Counted from the stretch's first letter, positions 8,666 to 19,435 are shown. The stretch is 64,000 nucleotides of DNA from an uncultured Alphaproteobacteria bacterium (GCA_951812805.1 CATOSZ010000007.1:13959-77958), one strand, 5' to 3'. Program-made: numbers and translations. The notes: generated by a model from the sequence alone, not told the origin.

Positions 8666-10234
8666 TTATCGGTAGTAGCCGGGGCCGCGGATGTTGGTGT
8701 GTGGCGGCAGCGGCAGAAGCGGTTCGCGCTCGGGGCGTGTGCGATCGAGGCCGGACTTGAGGATGGCGGCGAGCGATGAGTAGCTGGTCGTGTTGATGGT
8801 GAGCGCGCGTGCGCAGGCGGCCTCGACGCGTTCCGGTTCGTATCGGCGGGCGAGCGACAAGACGCCCATGGCGCTGCGATAGCCTTGCTCGGGATGGGGC
8901 CGATCGCGGATCATCCGCTCGACCAGGAGGGCGGCGTTGGGGCCGATGCGGCTGGCCTGGTCGATCAGGCTTTGTGGCGTTCGCTCGGCATAGCGCTGGT
9001 GCGCCTTGGGCATGTGGGCCGGGATCGTGGCATGGCCGCCATGCGGTGAGCGGCGGAGATGGCTGGCGACGCGCTTGTGGTTGTGGAAGATCTCGACCGT
9101 GCGGTGAGTGAGCCGGACTTGGACCTTGCGGCCGATCAGGCCGTGCGGCACGGAGTAGAAGCTGCGCTCGACGTCGACGTGATAGTCGGAATGGACCTTG
9201 GCGGTCTTCCATTCGGCATATTCGAAGGGCGTCGTCGGCAGGGGTGCCAGGGCCTCGCGCTCGATGGCCTCGAACATCTGGCGCCGGCTCTTTCCAAGGT
9301 TGCGCATGGGCCGCTCGTTGAGCTCCTCGAGGAGGTCGCGGATCGCCCGGTTGAGCTGGTCGAGGGAGAAGAAGCGCGTATTGCGCAGTCTTGCCAGGAT
9401 CCAGCGCTCGACGACCTGGACGGCGACTTCGACCTTGGCCTTGTCGCGCGGCTTGCGGACCCGGGTCGGCAGGACGGTGGTGTCGTAGTGCTCGGCGAGC
9501 GCGGCGAAGGTCGGGTTGAGGGTCGGCTCGAACCAGAGCGGCTTGGCGACGCCGGCCTTGAGGTTATCGCAGACGATGCTCTTGGGCACGCCGCCGAAGT
9601 AGGCGAGCGCCCGGCATTGTCCGGCGACCCAGTCGGGCAGGCGCTGGGTCAGGCTGGCGGTGGCGAAGGTGAGCGAGGAAGCGCCCAGCACGGCGACGAA
9701 GATCTGCGCGTCGTGCACCTCGCCGGTCTCGGGGTCGACGATGTCCACCGTCTGGCCGGCATAATCGGTCTGCATGACCGCACCGGCCTCGTGGCGGTTG
9801 CGCCAGGTGGCGCCGGTGCGCCGCTTGAACGCCGTGAAGGCTTCGCAGAACCAGGTGTAGCCGTAGCCATCGGGATGTGAGGCGCGGTATTCCTGCCAGA
9901 GCAGGGTCAGCGTCACCCCCTTGCGCTTCAGCTCGGCCGCGACCGTCGGCCAGTGCGGCTCGCACCTGTCGCGCGGGGGCCGGCCCATGCGGCGGAACAG
10001 CGTCTCTTGCAGGACCGCGTCGTCCTCGTATTCCGCCGGCAGCGGCCAGGCGGTAAGGCCGACCTCGCGGGCCCGCAGCAAATAGGTCGACACTGTCGTC
10101 TTGGAGACCTTCAGCCGTTCCGCCACCTCTCGCGCCGAGAGGCCTTGGTCATGCGTCAGCCGCAGGATCGTTCGTGCATCTCTCACCGTCGTTCGTCTCG
10201 TCTGCTTCCGTCTGGGCATGTCCCCTCCCGGCAA
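8666..10234 (-). CDS. istA: IS21-family transposase IstA
   Basis: N-terminal HTH ([22 protein letters not shown]). The DDE region includes MQTDYAG and CDNLKAG. 522 aa. Confidence 0.9.
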   Translation of the reverse strand: MPGGDMPRRKQTRRTTVRDARTILRLTHDQGLSAREVAERLKVSKTTVSTYLLRAREVGLTAWPLPAEYEDDAVLQETLFRRMGRPPRDRCEPHWPTVAAELKRKGVTLTLLWQEYRASHPDGYGYTWFCEAFTAFKRRTGATWRNRHEAGAVMQTDYAGQTVDIVDPETGEVHDAQIFVAVLGASSLTFATASLTQRLPDWVAGQCRALAYFGGVPKSIVCDNLKAGVAKPLWFEPTLNPTFAALAEHYDTTVLPTRVRKPRDKAKVEVAVQVVERWILARLRNTRFFSLDQLNRAIRDLLEELNERPMRNLGKSRRQMFEAIEREALAPLPTTPFEYAEWKTAKVHSDYHVDVERSFYSVPHGLIGRKVQVRLTHRTVEIFHNHKRVASHLRRSPHGGHATIPAHMPKAHQRYAERTPQSLIDQASRIGPNAALLVERMIRDRPHPEQGYRSAMGVLSLARRYEPERVEAACARALTINTTSYSSLAAILKSGLDRTRPEREPLLPLPPHTNIRGPGYYR

Positions 10235-10399
10235 AAGCCAAGAGGTAGACGCCGAGACGGCGCACCCGAAAGCTGAACTCAGATCGCCCCGTGATGCTGT
10301 CCGGGACTTTCCGGAATCACTGGCCGCGACTTACTGAAATCTCTGGCCAGGACTTTCCGTAATCGGTGTCCGGGACTTTCCGAAACGCGCAATGAATCC

Positions 10400-12178
10400 A
10401 TGACCAACGAGCAAATCCTGCTGTTCGCCATCCTCGGCGCCGTCTTCATCCTGCTGATCTGGGGACGCTGGCGCTATGATCTCGTCGCGTTCGGAGCCTT
10501 GGTTACCGCACTGATCGTCGGGGCGGTGCCGGTCGACCAAGCCTTCCAGGGATTCGGTCACCCGGCGACCGTGGTCATCGCCTTGGTGTTGATCATTTCC
10601 CGTGGTCTGTCGAACTCCGGCGTAGTCGAGCTGGTGGCGAGCCGGCTGGTCGACGGCGCGCGGGCGCTTTGGTTGCATGTGGGCGTGATGAGTGGTCTGG
10701 CCGCCGTGCTCTCGGCGATGATGAATAACGTGGCCGCCCTGGCGTTGTTGATGCCGGTCGATCTGCAGGCCGCCCGCGCGGCCACCCGCTCGCCGGCATT
10801 GACCTTGATGCCGCTGTCCTTCGCATCGATCCTGGGCGGCATGGTGACGCTGATCGGCACGCCGCCCAATATCGTCATCGCCGCCTTCCGGGGTGAAACC
10901 CTGGGCGAGCCCTTCACCATGTTCGACTTCACGCCGGTCGGCGTGGTTGTGGCGGTGGTCGGCGTGCTGTTCGTGACGCTGATCGGCTGGCGCCTCATCC
11001 CGGCCGCCCGCGGTCGGCACGACACGCCAGGCGAGTTGTTCGAGCTGGAGGATTACGTTGCCGAGCTGAAGGTACGGGACGAGAGCCCGGTCATCGACAA
11101 GCGTCTGATCGAGCTCGAGGAGCAGATGGAAGAGGCCGGTGCCACCATCGTCGGCCTGATCCGCGACGGCCGCCGTCTGCCGGGGCTGGCCCGCCAGGTT
11201 CGCCTTGTCGCGGGCGATGTCATGGTGCTGCAGGCGGGACCGGAGGCGCTCGAAAAACTGGTGGGGGCCTTGGGGCTCGACTTCGTCGACGACGCCCAGG
11301 GTCCGGGCGCGCTGCAGGCCGAGGACCTGGAACTGGTTGAGGTGGTGGTCCCGCGGGGTGCCGCGATCGAGGGCCGTTCCGCGCTTTCCATGTTGCTGTT
11401 GCAACGCACCGGCGTCGCCCTGCTGGGGGTCAGCCGAGAGGGCCGGCGCTTCGTCGAGCGGGTCCGTCGTCTCACGGTTCGGGCCGGCGACATTCTGTTG
11501 TTGCTGGGCCCGAGCGACAGCATCGCCGAGGCGGTGCCGCGGCTCGGGGCCTTGCCGCTCGCCAATCGCGGTTTGCAGTTGATCCAGCGGCGCAAGGCGG
11601 GTCTGGCCGTGGTGATCTTCCTGGCGGCCATCCTGCTGGCCAGTTTCGGCGTGGTCTATCTCGCCGGCGCGCTCGCCGCGGTGGTCGTGCTCTATGTGCT
11701 GTTCGCTATCGTGCCGACGCGGGAAATCTACGAATCGGTCGAGTGGCCGGTCATCGTTCTGCTCGGCTCGATGATTCCGATCGGCGCCGCGCTGGAGGCG
11801 AGCGGCGGGACCGCCGTCGTCGCCCAGGCCATCGTCGACGTGACACTCGGAGCGGCACCCTGGGTCGTGCTGACCTTGTTGATGGTGGTCACCATGACCC
11901 TGTCGGACGTCATGAACAACACGGCGACGGCGGTGATCGCGGCGCCGATCGCCATCGATGTCGCTGGCCAGTTGGGCGTCGATCCCGATCCCTTCCTGAT
12001 GGCCGTCGCTGTTGCCGCCTCCTGCGCGTTCCTGACGCCGATCGGTCATAAGAACAATACTTTGATCATGGGTCCGGGCGGGTATCGTTTCGGCGACTAC
12101 TGGCGCATGGGCCTGCCGCTCGAGGTCCTGGTCGTCGTCGTGTCTATTCCCATGATCCTCTGGGTCTGGCCGTTCTGA
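10400..12178 (+). CDS. SLC13/DASS-type permease with two central TrkA-C (RCK_C) domains
   Basis: Multi-TM N- and C-halves. There are two soluble inserts of the pattern (..AELKVRDESPVIDKRLIELE.. and ..LVEVVVPRGAAIEGRSAL..). 592 aa. Confidence 0.9.
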   Translation: MTNEQILLFAILGAVFILLIWGRWRYDLVAFGALVTALIVGAVPVDQAFQGFGHPATVVIALVLIISRGLSNSGVVELVASRLVDGARALWLHVGVMSGLAAVLSAMMNNVAALALLMPVDLQAARAATRSPALTLMPLSFASILGGMVTLIGTPPNIVIAAFRGETLGEPFTMFDFTPVGVVVAVVGVLFVTLIGWRLIPAARGRHDTPGELFELEDYVAELKVRDESPVIDKRLIELEEQMEEAGATIVGLIRDGRRLPGLARQVRLVAGDVMVLQAGPEALEKLVGALGLDFVDDAQGPGALQAEDLELVEVVVPRGAAIEGRSALSMLLLQRTGVALLGVSREGRRFVERVRRLTVRAGDILLLLGPSDSIAEAVPRLGALPLANRGLQLIQRRKAGLAVVIFLAAILLASFGVVYLAGALAAVVVLYVLFAIVPTREIYESVEWPVIVLLGSMIPIGAALEASGGTAVVAQAIVDVTLGAAPWVVLTLLMVVTMTLSDVMNNTATAVIAAPIAIDVAGQLGVDPDPFLMAVAVAASCAFLTPIGHKNNTLIMGPGGYRFGDYWRMGLPLEVLVVVVSIPMILWVWPF

Positions 12179-12179
12179 G

Positions 12180-13328
12180 TCAGATCGGGCATCGGCCCGT
12201 AGCGTTATCCTTTTCAAGGACCGGTAGCGTCGCCGTCAAATAGGTGCGAATGACGCGGCGTAAGGATTGAAATCGGTAGGTGGCGACCTCGTCCGGTGCG
12301 AACCAATCCGAGCTGGTGACGATCGTCAGATCGAGGTCCGGTACCGCGTGGATGGTCTGGCCCGAAAAGCCGCGGCCGACGAGAACGCGGCGTTCCTGGA
12401 TATCGTCAAGCCACCAGAAATAGCCATAGCGATAGTCGCCGTAGAGGTCGCGAGGCTCGGTTGAAAACCGTGGTGCCATGCTCTCGGCGATCCAGCCGGC
12501 GGGGAGTATCTGGCGGCCATCCAGGCGACCCTCCTGCACATAGAGCTGTGCGAAACGGGCTAAATGCCGCGGCGTCATCGACATGCCGATGCCACCGAAA
12601 TTTCGCCCGCTATCGTCCTGTTCCCAGCCGCTGACCGTTATGCCGGCGGGCGCGAACAGCGCGTCGTGGGCGTAGTCGGTGAGCGATCGACCACTGCGAT
12701 GTGCGATGGCGGCACCGAGCAGATGGGCGTTGCCCGTGCCGTAGTGGAACCGTTCCCCCGCAGGGAACTGCCGGTCCGCTGCGAGGACGGCGCGGGCGGG
12801 ATCGGCGCTGTCGCGCCAGGTCAGGTGATGCAGATCGATTTCGCTGCTGGCGAGGCCGGAAGACATGGTGAGGAGATGGCGCACGCGGATCGGCGGCTGA
12901 TCGGTGTTCAGCAAGGATGCCAGATCGGGTGGCAGCACTTCGCCGACGGGCTGGTCGAGATCACGGATCAGGCCGTCGCGTATGGCCGCGCCGACAATGG
13001 CGGACATTACCGTTTTGGACAACGACAGCAGCGGCTGCGGCCGTCCCCGGGTATGGCCCTGACGGTAGTGTTCGGCGACCAGACAGCCGTTTCGGGTCAC
13101 CAGCAGGGCGCGGACGAAACTCAGCGCGCCGATATCGCGGGCCAGGCCGGCCAGGAGGGCGGGATCGAGGCCGACGCGGGCCGCCGGGGCTGCCTGCCAT
13201 CCGGCCTCCGCCGCCTGGCCGGTGAGGCGCGGCAGGTCGTTTTCGCTCGGTCCGACGCAGGCGCCGGCAAGGCACAGCAGCGAGAACAGTCCCAAGCGGC
13301 GAAAGGCCCGCGTCAATACGACCCACAT
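12180..13328 (-). CDS. Serine hydrolase of the beta-lactamase/transpeptidase-like family, exported
   Basis: SxxK motif (SLSKTV) and a hydrophobic N-terminal leader (LGLFSLLCLAGAC). The start is the ATG at 13328, inside the longer ORF 12180..13970. Confidence 0.85.
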   Translation of the reverse strand: MWVVLTRAFRRLGLFSLLCLAGACVGPSENDLPRLTGQAAEAGWQAAPAARVGLDPALLAGLARDIGALSFVRALLVTRNGCLVAEHYRQGHTRGRPQPLLSLSKTVMSAIVGAAIRDGLIRDLDQPVGEVLPPDLASLLNTDQPPIRVRHLLTMSSGLASSEIDLHHLTWRDSADPARAVLAADRQFPAGERFHYGTGNAHLLGAAIAHRSGRSLTDYAHDALFAPAGITVSGWEQDDSGRNFGGIGMSMTPRHLARFAQLYVQEGRLDGRQILPAGWIAESMAPRFSTEPRDLYGDYRYGYFWWLDDIQERRVLVGRGFSGQTIHAVPDLDLTIVTSSDWFAPDEVATYRFQSLRRVIRTYLTATLPVLEKDNATGRCPI

Positions 13329-13418
13329 CCGGAATCCCCACCACCCCTTGACCCGACAGTGGGAGCGAGAGTAGGGGAGATGCCCCCGCCTTGCCAGGCG
13401 ACGACGAGGGTCGAGGCC

Positions 13419-14297
13419 ATGAGCGAACCCCTGGTGGGACCGACGTCCCACAGCTACATCTCGCAGCGCTTGCGCCTGCACTATGTCGATTGGGGCAATC
13501 CCGACGCGCCGCCGCTGCTGCTGGTGCATGGCGGACGCGATCATTGCCGCAATTGGGACTGGGTGGCGGAGGCGTTGCGTCACGACTATCACATCATCGC
13601 CCCCGATCTTCGCGGCCATGGCGACAGCGAATGGATGATCGGCGGCGGTTATGTTCTGCCCGACTTCATCTACGACATCGCCCAGCTGGTGCACCAGAAC
13701 GAGCTGGCGCCGGTGAACATCGTTTCCCACTCTTTGGGCGGCATGATCAGCCTCGCCTTCACCGGGCTGTTTCCCGAGAAGGTGCGCCGCGTTGTCGCGA
13801 TCGAGGGTCTGGGCCTGTCGCCGAAGCGCGAGGCCACCTTGAAGGAACAGCACTCTCACGAACGCATGCAGACGTGGGTCGAAGAACTGCGCGCCAACTC
13901 CGCCCGCCAACCGCGGCGCTATCCCAGTCTGCGCGAAGCCTGGGAACGCATGCAGGAGGCCAACCCCCATCTAACGCCGGAGCAGGCCCGCCATCTGACC
14001 GTCCACGGGGTCAATCGCAACGAGGACGGCAGCTATAGCTGGAAGTTCGACAACTACACCCGCGTCAACGCCCCGCACGGCTTGTCGCCCGCGCGCATTC
14101 GCGAACTCTGGGGGCGTATCGACTGTCCGACCCTGCTGGTGCGCGGCAACGAAAGCTGGGCGAGCGATCCGGCGATCGACGGGCGTCTCGAACTCTTCAA
14201 TGCGGCGCGCTCGGTGAACATCGATGCTGCCGGACATTGGGTCCATCACGACCAGCTGGATGAATTCCTCGGCCACGTGCGCTCGTTTCTGGAATAG
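13419..14297 (+). CDS. Alpha/beta-fold hydrolase
   Basis: HGGRDH oxyanion region, nucleophile elbow SHSLGG, and a C-terminal AGHWVHHD. Confidence 0.9.
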   Translation: MSEPLVGPTSHSYISQRLRLHYVDWGNPDAPPLLLVHGGRDHCRNWDWVAEALRHDYHIIAPDLRGHGDSEWMIGGGYVLPDFIYDIAQLVHQNELAPVNIVSHSLGGMISLAFTGLFPEKVRRVVAIEGLGLSPKREATLKEQHSHERMQTWVEELRANSARQPRRYPSLREAWERMQEANPHLTPEQARHLTVHGVNRNEDGSYSWKFDNYTRVNAPHGLSPARIRELWGRIDCPTLLVRGNESWASDPAIDGRLELFNAARSVNIDAAGHWVHHDQLDEFLGHVRSFLE

Positions 14298-14308
14298 AAC
14301 CCCGGCGG

Positions 14309-14791
14309 TCACTGACGTTGGCGATTGTCCGCCAGAAGTCGGCACCAGTCGGCGCGTCGCCCGCCGTCGTAGGTCCGGGCATGGCCGCTTTCCAGCATTT
14401 CGTTGGCCAAATCCCGATCCCGCGCATCCCGGACCCGGGCGAGCACCCGACCGGCGAACTTGCCCCGGCGGATATCGAAGAGTCGTATATCCCGCCTGGC
14501 GATCAGGTCTTTCAGATGGTGCCGGGCGGCCTCCGCGGCCTGCCGTTCGCCCTCGCAGCGGCCGCGGCGCTCCGGCGTGTCAATCCCGGTGAGGCGGACC
14601 CGAATGCGGATGTCCTGTCCCAGCCAGATCCGGGCGCGAACCTCCAGCGTGTCACCGTCGACGACACGCAATACCTCCGCGGCAAGGGGCCCAGGCAGGA
14701 TCTCCCCCGCCGCGGCGGAGAGTGTATCGAGACAGAACAAAAGCAGGATGGCGCCGGTCCAGCGTGTGATTGATCTGCCAAGAATCGCCAT
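14309..14791 (-). CDS. Thermonuclease (SNase-like) family protein, exported
   Basis: VVDGDTLEV....RLTGIDTPE motif with an N-terminal hydrophobic leader. 160 aa from the ATG at 14791. Confidence 0.85.
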   Translation of the reverse strand: MAILGRSITRWTGAILLLFCLDTLSAAAGEILPGPLAAEVLRVVDGDTLEVRARIWLGQDIRIRVRLTGIDTPERRGRCEGERQAAEAARHHLKDLIARRDIRLFDIRRGKFAGRVLARVRDARDRDLANEMLESGHARTYDGGRRADWCRLLADNRQRQ

Positions 14792-14979
14792 AATCTCGAT
14801 TTCTTGTACCGTGAGTACCCTATAGGTCGTGTAAATAACATTACTGCGCCCGAAAATCGAGCATAAACCGATGGCCCACCGCACTTCGTTTTCGACGGTG
14901 TTGCCAGTAGTCTTGCGCGATTGGCCGGGCGGCATGTTCGCCGACGGGCCGTACCGCCCCGGAGGATCGCGCTGTGCCG

Positions 14980-15780
14980 ATGAAACGTCTTGCCATTTTC
15001 CTCGACGGTGATGCCGACGACCGGGATGCCTTGGCCTCGGCCGCCCTGTTGGCGGAGGGGTTGCAGGCGCATCTGGATGTCTATCGGCCGGCCTTCGATC
15101 GGTCGATCTTGGGCGCATTGATCAGCGGCGGCGATGCTCTCGTCCTCGATCCGCGGGCCGACGGCGCGGACGACGGCGGGCGAGCGGCGTTCGAGGCGAC
15201 GTGTGCAACGTTGCCTCATGCCCGCTGGATCGAGGTGCCGGACGCCCTGGACTACGCGATCCATCACTTCGGTATGCTCTATGACGCTATCGTCGTCGCC
15301 CGCCTGGCGGAAGAACAGGGACCGCATGCCGGTGCCTTCAACACGGCGTTGTTCGAGGTCGGCGCGCCGGTTCTGGTGACGCCACCGCTGGCGCCGGCGC
15401 GGCTCGGCCGTCATGTCGCCCTGGTCTGGACCGGGACGCCGCAGTCGGCGCGGGCCATGCGCTCGGCCGTCGCCTTGTTGCAGCGGGCCGACGAGGTCCA
15501 CGTCTTGACCAACAGCGCCAACGATCTGGCCGCGCCCGGCGAAGCCCTCGACTATCTCGCGGTACAGGGCGTGCGGGCGAACGCTCTCAGCTTCGATGGC
15601 GCCAGCCTCACCGCGCGGGGGCGGGGCCGCGCCATCATCGAGGCAGTGCGCGGCGTCGGTGCCGACTTCATGGTGATGGGCGCCTTCGGCGAGCAGCGCA
15701 CGGACGCTCTGTTCGGTCTCGGCCGCACCACGCGCAAACTGGTGACCGCCGCGCCGGTCGCCCTGCTGTTGCAGAGCTGA
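14980..15780 (+). CDS. Universal stress protein (UspA-family, tandem-type)
   Basis: The C-terminal motif DFMVMGAFG....LFGLGRTTRKLV....PVALLL is typical of USP. A GTG at 14974 is an alternative start. Confidence 0.8.
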   Translation: MKRLAIFLDGDADDRDALASAALLAEGLQAHLDVYRPAFDRSILGALISGGDALVLDPRADGADDGGRAAFEATCATLPHARWIEVPDALDYAIHHFGMLYDAIVVARLAEEQGPHAGAFNTALFEVGAPVLVTPPLAPARLGRHVALVWTGTPQSARAMRSAVALLQRADEVHVLTNSANDLAAPGEALDYLAVQGVRANALSFDGASLTARGRGRAIIEAVRGVGADFMVMGAFGEQRTDALFGLGRTTRKLVTAAPVALLLQS

Positions 15781-15795
15781 GCGGGATTTGGCGCG

Positions 15796-16728
15796 CTACA
15801 GATCCTCGAGTTCGGCAAGCGCTATGCCGCTTTCCCCGGCGACGACATACAACAGCCATCTCCGGCCGTCCGCTTCGAAGATGCAGGGGTCGCGAAGCTG
15901 GTGGACCGGCTCGTCGACCGCACCGCGCGCCGAGGGCACGAGGGGTTGGTCGGCGCCCTCCCAGTCCCGCGTCGGGCGAAGCAGCTCACTCACCGCGCCG
16001 AGACGCCATTCGTTCCAGTCGGGGGTCAGGGTCATCGGGGCATGCAGGATCCGCTCCGGCCGGTCGCCGATGCGGGTCCAGAAGACGTGCGCCACATCGC
16101 CGTCCACCAGCAGGGCGGCGTGCCGGGTCGCGGGATCGAAGGGTGCCGGTCCCGCCTCGAAGCCGCCCAGGCCGTCGACCGAACGGTAGAGACGGTTGCG
16201 AAAGGCGTGGGCATAGGTCCACGCGCCGTGCCGGAAGACCCGGAAATAGGACGGGCCGAGAACCTCGGACCGGGTCTCGAACCGCAGGCCGTCGGCGGAC
16301 AGCGCGAGGCGCGTCGCCTGGCTGCCGTCCGGCATCAGGCCATGGAAGTACATCCGTACCCGGCGTTCCGCGACGTCGACATGGACGTCGGGGGAGGCGA
16401 CGTGGGGATAGAGCCAATCCTCGCCGGGCTCGGTGCCGGCCGGCGGCGGACCCGGATCCGTCGGCCGGTCGACGCAGAAGTGAGATTGCGTCACATCGAG
16501 GCAGCCGGCCTCGTGCATGCGCCACGGTCCCTCGACACGGTCGGCGAGGGCGAGGCGGATATAGCGGCCCCGATGGTCAGCGAAATAGAGATAGAACCGG
16601 GCCAGCGGTCGTTCCAGCCACGGCGGTGCCGCGATAACCGAAGGACCGTTGATGTTGGTGCCCATGCGCCCGTCCATATTCGGGCGGATCAGCGGCCCCT
16701 TGCCGATACGTCGTGCGCGTGGCGTCAT
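15796..16728 (-). CDS. Hypothetical protein, possibly a glycosyl-hydrolase-like beta-propeller fold
   Basis: 310-aa ORF from the ATG at 16728. NGPSVI..P.W......YLYFADHRG..IRLA.AD...GPW and a later LRDPCIF..DG...LLY are reminiscent of GH43/32-type propellers. The assignment is tentative. Confidence 0.65.
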   Translation of the reverse strand: MTPRARRIGKGPLIRPNMDGRMGTNINGPSVIAAPPWLERPLARFYLYFADHRGRYIRLALADRVEGPWRMHEAGCLDVTQSHFCVDRPTDPGPPPAGTEPGEDWLYPHVASPDVHVDVAERRVRMYFHGLMPDGSQATRLALSADGLRFETRSEVLGPSYFRVFRHGAWTYAHAFRNRLYRSVDGLGGFEAGPAPFDPATRHAALLVDGDVAHVFWTRIGDRPERILHAPMTLTPDWNEWRLGAVSELLRPTRDWEGADQPLVPSARGAVDEPVHQLRDPCIFEADGRRWLLYVVAGESGIALAELEDL

Positions 16729-16808
16729 ATCCGTCTCCAAGCTGGCGCTATGCCGCACCGCCCCGAATGGCATAGCCTCGCGAGATCGGCAAGCAGGGAG
16801 GACGCGAC

Positions 16809-17564
16809 ATGATCCGCGAAGAGACCGAGGCCGGCATCCGCCGTCTGACCATCGACCGCCCGGAACGGCGCAACGCCATCGACGCGGCGACGGCACGGGC
16901 GCTGGGCGCCGCCATCCGGACGGCCCAGGCGGCCGAGGACGTCCGGGTGCTGGTCCTCCAGGGAGCGGGCGGTGGCTTCAGAACCGGGCGCGACCTCAAG
17001 GCCTCGGCCCAGGCGGCGGACGGTGTGGCGCCCGACCCGTTTGCCGAGGACGAGGCCTGGGTCGAGATCTTCCATCTGCTGCACCGCAGTCCGATTCCCT
17101 CCCTCGCCGTGGTCGAGGGGCACGCGGTCGCCGGCGGCTTCACGCTGGCGATGGGCTGCGATTTCGTGCTGGCCACCCGGGACGCGGTATTCGGCGCCTA
17201 CGAGATGCGGCACGGCTTTCCCGCCGCCGTCTGCACGCCGATCCTGGCCCGTGTCGTCGGCCCGCGCCTCGGCCTGGAATTCGCGCTCTTCGGCGAGCCG
17301 ATTTCGGCCGAGCGGCTGCATGGGGCCGGCCTGATCAACCGGTTGGCCGAGGACGGTGCGGCGCTGGCCGAGATCGCCGACCGCTTCGCCGCCCATCTCG
17401 CCGGCCTCGAGCCCCGGGCGGTGAAATTCGCCCGCGATACCTTCCGCGCGGCGGAGAACATGCCGCTCGACAACGCCCTCGACATGGGCCGGCAGTTGAA
17501 CCAGCTGATCGCCGCCACCGGTGGGTTCGCGGCGGCGGGGCGCAAGCTCGGCGGGGGCGATTGA
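16809..17564 (+). CDS. Enoyl-CoA hydratase/isomerase (crotonase) family
   Basis: RPERRNAID....VLVLQGAGGGFRTGRDL and the AVVEGHAVAGGFTLAMGCD oxyanion-hole motifs. Confidence 0.9.
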   Translation: MIREETEAGIRRLTIDRPERRNAIDAATARALGAAIRTAQAAEDVRVLVLQGAGGGFRTGRDLKASAQAADGVAPDPFAEDEAWVEIFHLLHRSPIPSLAVVEGHAVAGGFTLAMGCDFVLATRDAVFGAYEMRHGFPAAVCTPILARVVGPRLGLEFALFGEPISAERLHGAGLINRLAEDGAALAEIADRFAAHLAGLEPRAVKFARDTFRAAENMPLDNALDMGRQLNQLIAATGGFAAAGRKLGGGD

Positions 17565-17626
17565 CGGCATGCGGCGATCCCACCAGGATGCGCCGATGAC
17601 GACATGATCAGGTCCGGGGAAGAGCC

Positions 17627-18691
17627 ATGAAACTCAGCGTTTGCACGATGGCCAACATCGACGAGATCGGCTTCTTCACCCACGCCGAAAATCTCGGCTA
17701 TGACGCGGTCTGGGTCACCGACAGCCAGATGCTGTTCTCGGACTGCTACGCGGTGCTGGCGCTGGCCGCCAAGCAGACCCGCACGCTTCGCCTCGGCACC
17801 GGGACCTCGATTGCCGGGACCCGGATCCCACCGGTGCATGTGGCGGCGATGGCCAGCCTCAACCGGATCGCGCCCGGCCGGGTTCACATCGGCATCGCCA
17901 CCGGCAACACGGCGACGCGGACCATGGGCCACCCGCCGATGCGCATCAAGGACTATGCGGAGTACCTGCGGGTGCTGAGCGCGTTGCTGCGCGGCGAGAT
18001 CGTCGATTATGAATACGAAGGCCGCGTCAAGCCGATCAAGATGCTGATGCACGAGCACAAATACATGAACCTGGAGCCGAAGATTCCGCTCTACGTTTCC
18101 GGCTTCGGCCCCCGGGCCATGGGCCTCGCCGGGGAATACGGCGACGGCCTGGTGTTCGCCATTCCGCCGCGCGGCGTCGCCGTGCCCCAAGCGATGGCCC
18201 ATGTCCGCCAGGGTGCGGCGCGGGTCGGGCGGACGCTCGACGGATTTCTCAACTGCGCGCTCACCAACATCGCGCTGCTGGAGCCGGGAGAATCGGCGGC
18301 GTCCGACCGGGTCAAGCAGTTGATCGGTCCGAACGTCATGGCCTCCATCTACTATTTCTACGACGAGGTGCACGAGAAGGGCCGCGAGGTGCCGGACTTC
18401 CTGAAACGGTTGTGGGAGCCCTATTGCGCCCTCGTCGCCGAAACGCCCGAAGCGCACCGCCATTTCCGCACCCACGAATATCACTACACCTACCTGCATC
18501 CGGGGGAGGCGGCCCTGATCGACGAGCAGTTGATCCACGATACCTGCCTGGTCGGCACCGCCGACGCGTTGATCGAGCGGATCCGCGAACTGGAATCCGA
18601 GGGTCTGCAGGAGTTGATGTTCGCCGCCGGGACCGACGGCAAATGGGCCTTCGCCCAGGAATTCTCCGAGAAGGTGATGAAGCGGCTCTGA
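17627..18691 (+). CDS. LLM-class (luciferase-like) flavin/F420-dependent oxidoreductase
   Basis: AENLGYDAVWVTDSQ, RLGTGTSIAGTR, GRVHIGIATGN. Confidence 0.9.
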   Translation: MKLSVCTMANIDEIGFFTHAENLGYDAVWVTDSQMLFSDCYAVLALAAKQTRTLRLGTGTSIAGTRIPPVHVAAMASLNRIAPGRVHIGIATGNTATRTMGHPPMRIKDYAEYLRVLSALLRGEIVDYEYEGRVKPIKMLMHEHKYMNLEPKIPLYVSGFGPRAMGLAGEYGDGLVFAIPPRGVAVPQAMAHVRQGAARVGRTLDGFLNCALTNIALLEPGESAASDRVKQLIGPNVMASIYYFYDEVHEKGREVPDFLKRLWEPYCALVAETPEAHRHFRTHEYHYTYLHPGEAALIDEQLIHDTCLVGTADALIERIRELESEGLQELMFAAGTDGKWAFAQEFSEKVMKRL

Positions 18692-18756
18692 CGGGTCTGT
18701 GACCAAACCGCCACGGGAATCCCTTTGACTTTCTGAGGGCAGGGCCGAGATAATCG

Positions 18757-19422
18757 GTGGCCATGCCAGGAATCGCACGCAACCATCTGATTTCTTGGGT
18801 TTTATCGGCCCTGACGGCGCTTGCCATCGCCCTGTCGGGCGGTGCGGCCGTCGCCGGATCCGTGACCCTCGAGGGTATCACCTTCTCCGAAGCCTCGGAC
18901 AATTTGCGCATCGTCGGTGTCAGCGGCAAGGGAACCCTGGAGGAGCCCTTCATCCTGCGCGAGGAGATCCTGGCACCCGGCGACGCCATCGTCGAAATCC
19001 AGGTAAACAAGAGCTTCGGCAGCCGGGTGCAGACCTTTCACCAGACCGGGTTCGCCCTGGTGAAACAAGTGGTGAACGGCACTCGGGCAGGTTGGGAATA
19101 CTTCAACATCGAGCTGGAAAAGCGCCCGGGCGTCGCCAGCGACTATTACGACGGGTTGTCCTTCGGCCAGGCCGCCCAGGTCAACCGGCCCTTCCGATCG
19201 GATGGTTTCGCCAAGGTCGACGACGTCCTCGAACCGCGCGATGTGATCCGCTTCAGCCACGGCCGGGTCGCCCCAGGGATGACCGTGAACTTCGTGCTTT
19301 CGATCACTCATACCGGCCTGGCCCCGCGCTTTTTCCTGGTCCAACACGTTCGCCAACCGGCCGTTTCCCTACCGCCCCGGGCGGTGTTCGCCGAGGTCCC
19401 GGCGCCGGTGAGCGTCCAATGA
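18757..19422 (+). CDS. Hypothetical secreted protein
   Basis: Signal-peptide-like N-terminus (LISWVLSALTALAIALSGGAAVAGS). I recognised no family motif. It lies 13 nt upstream of the next gene. Confidence 0.7.
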   Translation: MAMPGIARNHLISWVLSALTALAIALSGGAAVAGSVTLEGITFSEASDNLRIVGVSGKGTLEEPFILREEILAPGDAIVEIQVNKSFGSRVQTFHQTGFALVKQVVNGTRAGWEYFNIELEKRPGVASDYYDGLSFGQAAQVNRPFRSDGFAKVDDVLEPRDVIRFSHGRVAPGMTVNFVLSITHTGLAPRFFLVQHVRQPAVSLPPRAVFAEVPAPVSVQ

Positions 19423-19435
19423 GGCGAGGCCTGCC

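Larger units (their letters stand above)
7767..10391 (-). mobile_element. IS21-family insertion sequence (2625 bp)
   Basis: An istA/istB pair. The terminal regions align as inverted repeats over about 70 nt, each with reiterated GTCC(C/T)GG-containing subrepeats (left TGCGGATTTCGG..., right reverse complement TGCGCGTTTCGG...). No target duplication was found. Confidence 0.85.
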
